From Marsupella aquatica (Eukaryota > Plantae > Marchantiophyta): 64,000 nucleotides of DNA. The stretch is taken from NCBI GenBank assembly GCA_973895155.1, contig OZ316899.1, positions 12,120,834-12,184,833 on the forward strand, given 5' to 3'. Positions 63,262 to 64,000 of this stretch are shown here, piece by piece (positions within the stretch are counted from its first letter, which is position 1; the number at the start of each line of letters is the position of its first letter). A program made the translations under genes and the position numbers. The notes under the pieces were generated by a model. The model worked only from the letters and a program-made list of their open reading frames with translations, did not search any database and was not told the DNA's origin.

Positions 63262-64000
63262 ACTACCCAAGTCATGCACGGGGTGCAGCTTGCGGGTAAG
63301 TGGTTGCGAGCCCGGGTTGAGTACCCATACCATCAAATCCGGATTGAAGGCAAACAACACGAAGGCTTAGAAGCCTGTAAGCCGGGGTCGATCCTGCTGT
63401 TGACTGGGGTTCGTTGCGGTGGCGGAATACAAACCATACCTAAGAGGTGTCCGTATATGACAATAGGCGCACTTAGCGCTAGTTTATGTGAGTTAGGTGC
63501 ATTCCGTGCCTCCCTCCCTGCCCGAACCCTCATTTTGATGAAGGATGTGCCTGTCTAAGCCAAAGCCCAGGTTAAGGCCTAGGCTGACGACGTGACAACC
63601 GCAGAGAAAGATCCAGGATGCAATCTATTCTTGGCGGGACCTTTACTGCAAGGAATCATTTTGCAAAGTGAAGGAGATAGATATAGTAGGTTCAGAGAAT
63701 ATTGATCTTTATTTGATTTAATATTCTGGATTTGCAAAAGAGAACAACAACTAAACTAAAAGGAAATGATAGGTACGTAGAGTTTGTCTGGTTTGCAACA
63801 GTAAGTAGATACAAATAAACTAAAAGGAAAGTGGTAGAGTGGTAGGTCCACTATCTACTCATAGATTATAGCTGTCAACTGACTAGTTGTAGATTGTCGG
63901 CCTATTTTATTTTTCAGAAAAGTAACTTGTCAGGTTCATACATCAGCTTCTTGTCATACTAAGCGTTAGGACACTTAATTGCTATGTGCTTCATATATGG

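Larger units (their letters stand above)
44374..63597 (+). mobile_element. Full-length non-chromovirus Ty3/gypsy retrotransposon with ~4-kb protein-coding LTRs
   Basis: 5-bp TSD ACCGC at 44369-44373 and 63598-63602; LTRs T(A/G)TGACGCCGCC...GACGTGACA; PBS, gag-PR-RT-RH-INT order and PPT AAGCAGGGAGCTA before 59336. Confidence 0.95.
59336..63597 (+). repeat. 3' LTR (~3980 bp plus MITE)
   Basis: TGTGACGCC...GACGTGACA, preceded by the PPT and followed by the TSD. Confidence 0.95.

Overview
Eukaryotic DNA, almost certainly land plant (possibly non-seed plant, inferred from TE types and CCCTAAA motifs), made almost entirely of nested transposable elements, with no intact recognisable host gene. From left to right: (1) an LTR fragment (1-281); (2) a Ty3/gypsy 3' end (497-2469); (3) a decayed accessory ORF (3465-7085); (4) a complete CACTA element (8051-17261, TSD TAA) with a SET-domain methyltransferase ORF inside the first transposase intron; (5) a 12.5-kb Mutator-like element (19059-31591, 9-bp TSD); (6) an L1-type LINE (31653-42716) with a nested gypsy; (7) a 19-kb gypsy element (44374-63597, TSD ACCGC) whose ~4-kb LTRs each carry an ~880-aa gene. 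The best candidate for a new system is the Mutator-like element. Divergent from its transposase it encodes a 4-exon ParB-like/beta-class DNA amino-methyltransferase-like fusion, and it carries about 20 copies of a 15-bp palindrome (TAGCGCCNGGCGCTA) in its introns and intergenic or terminal DNA. This resembles a ParB/parS-like self-marking or anti-silencing module. Domain calls are by eye from motifs; no database searches were run.
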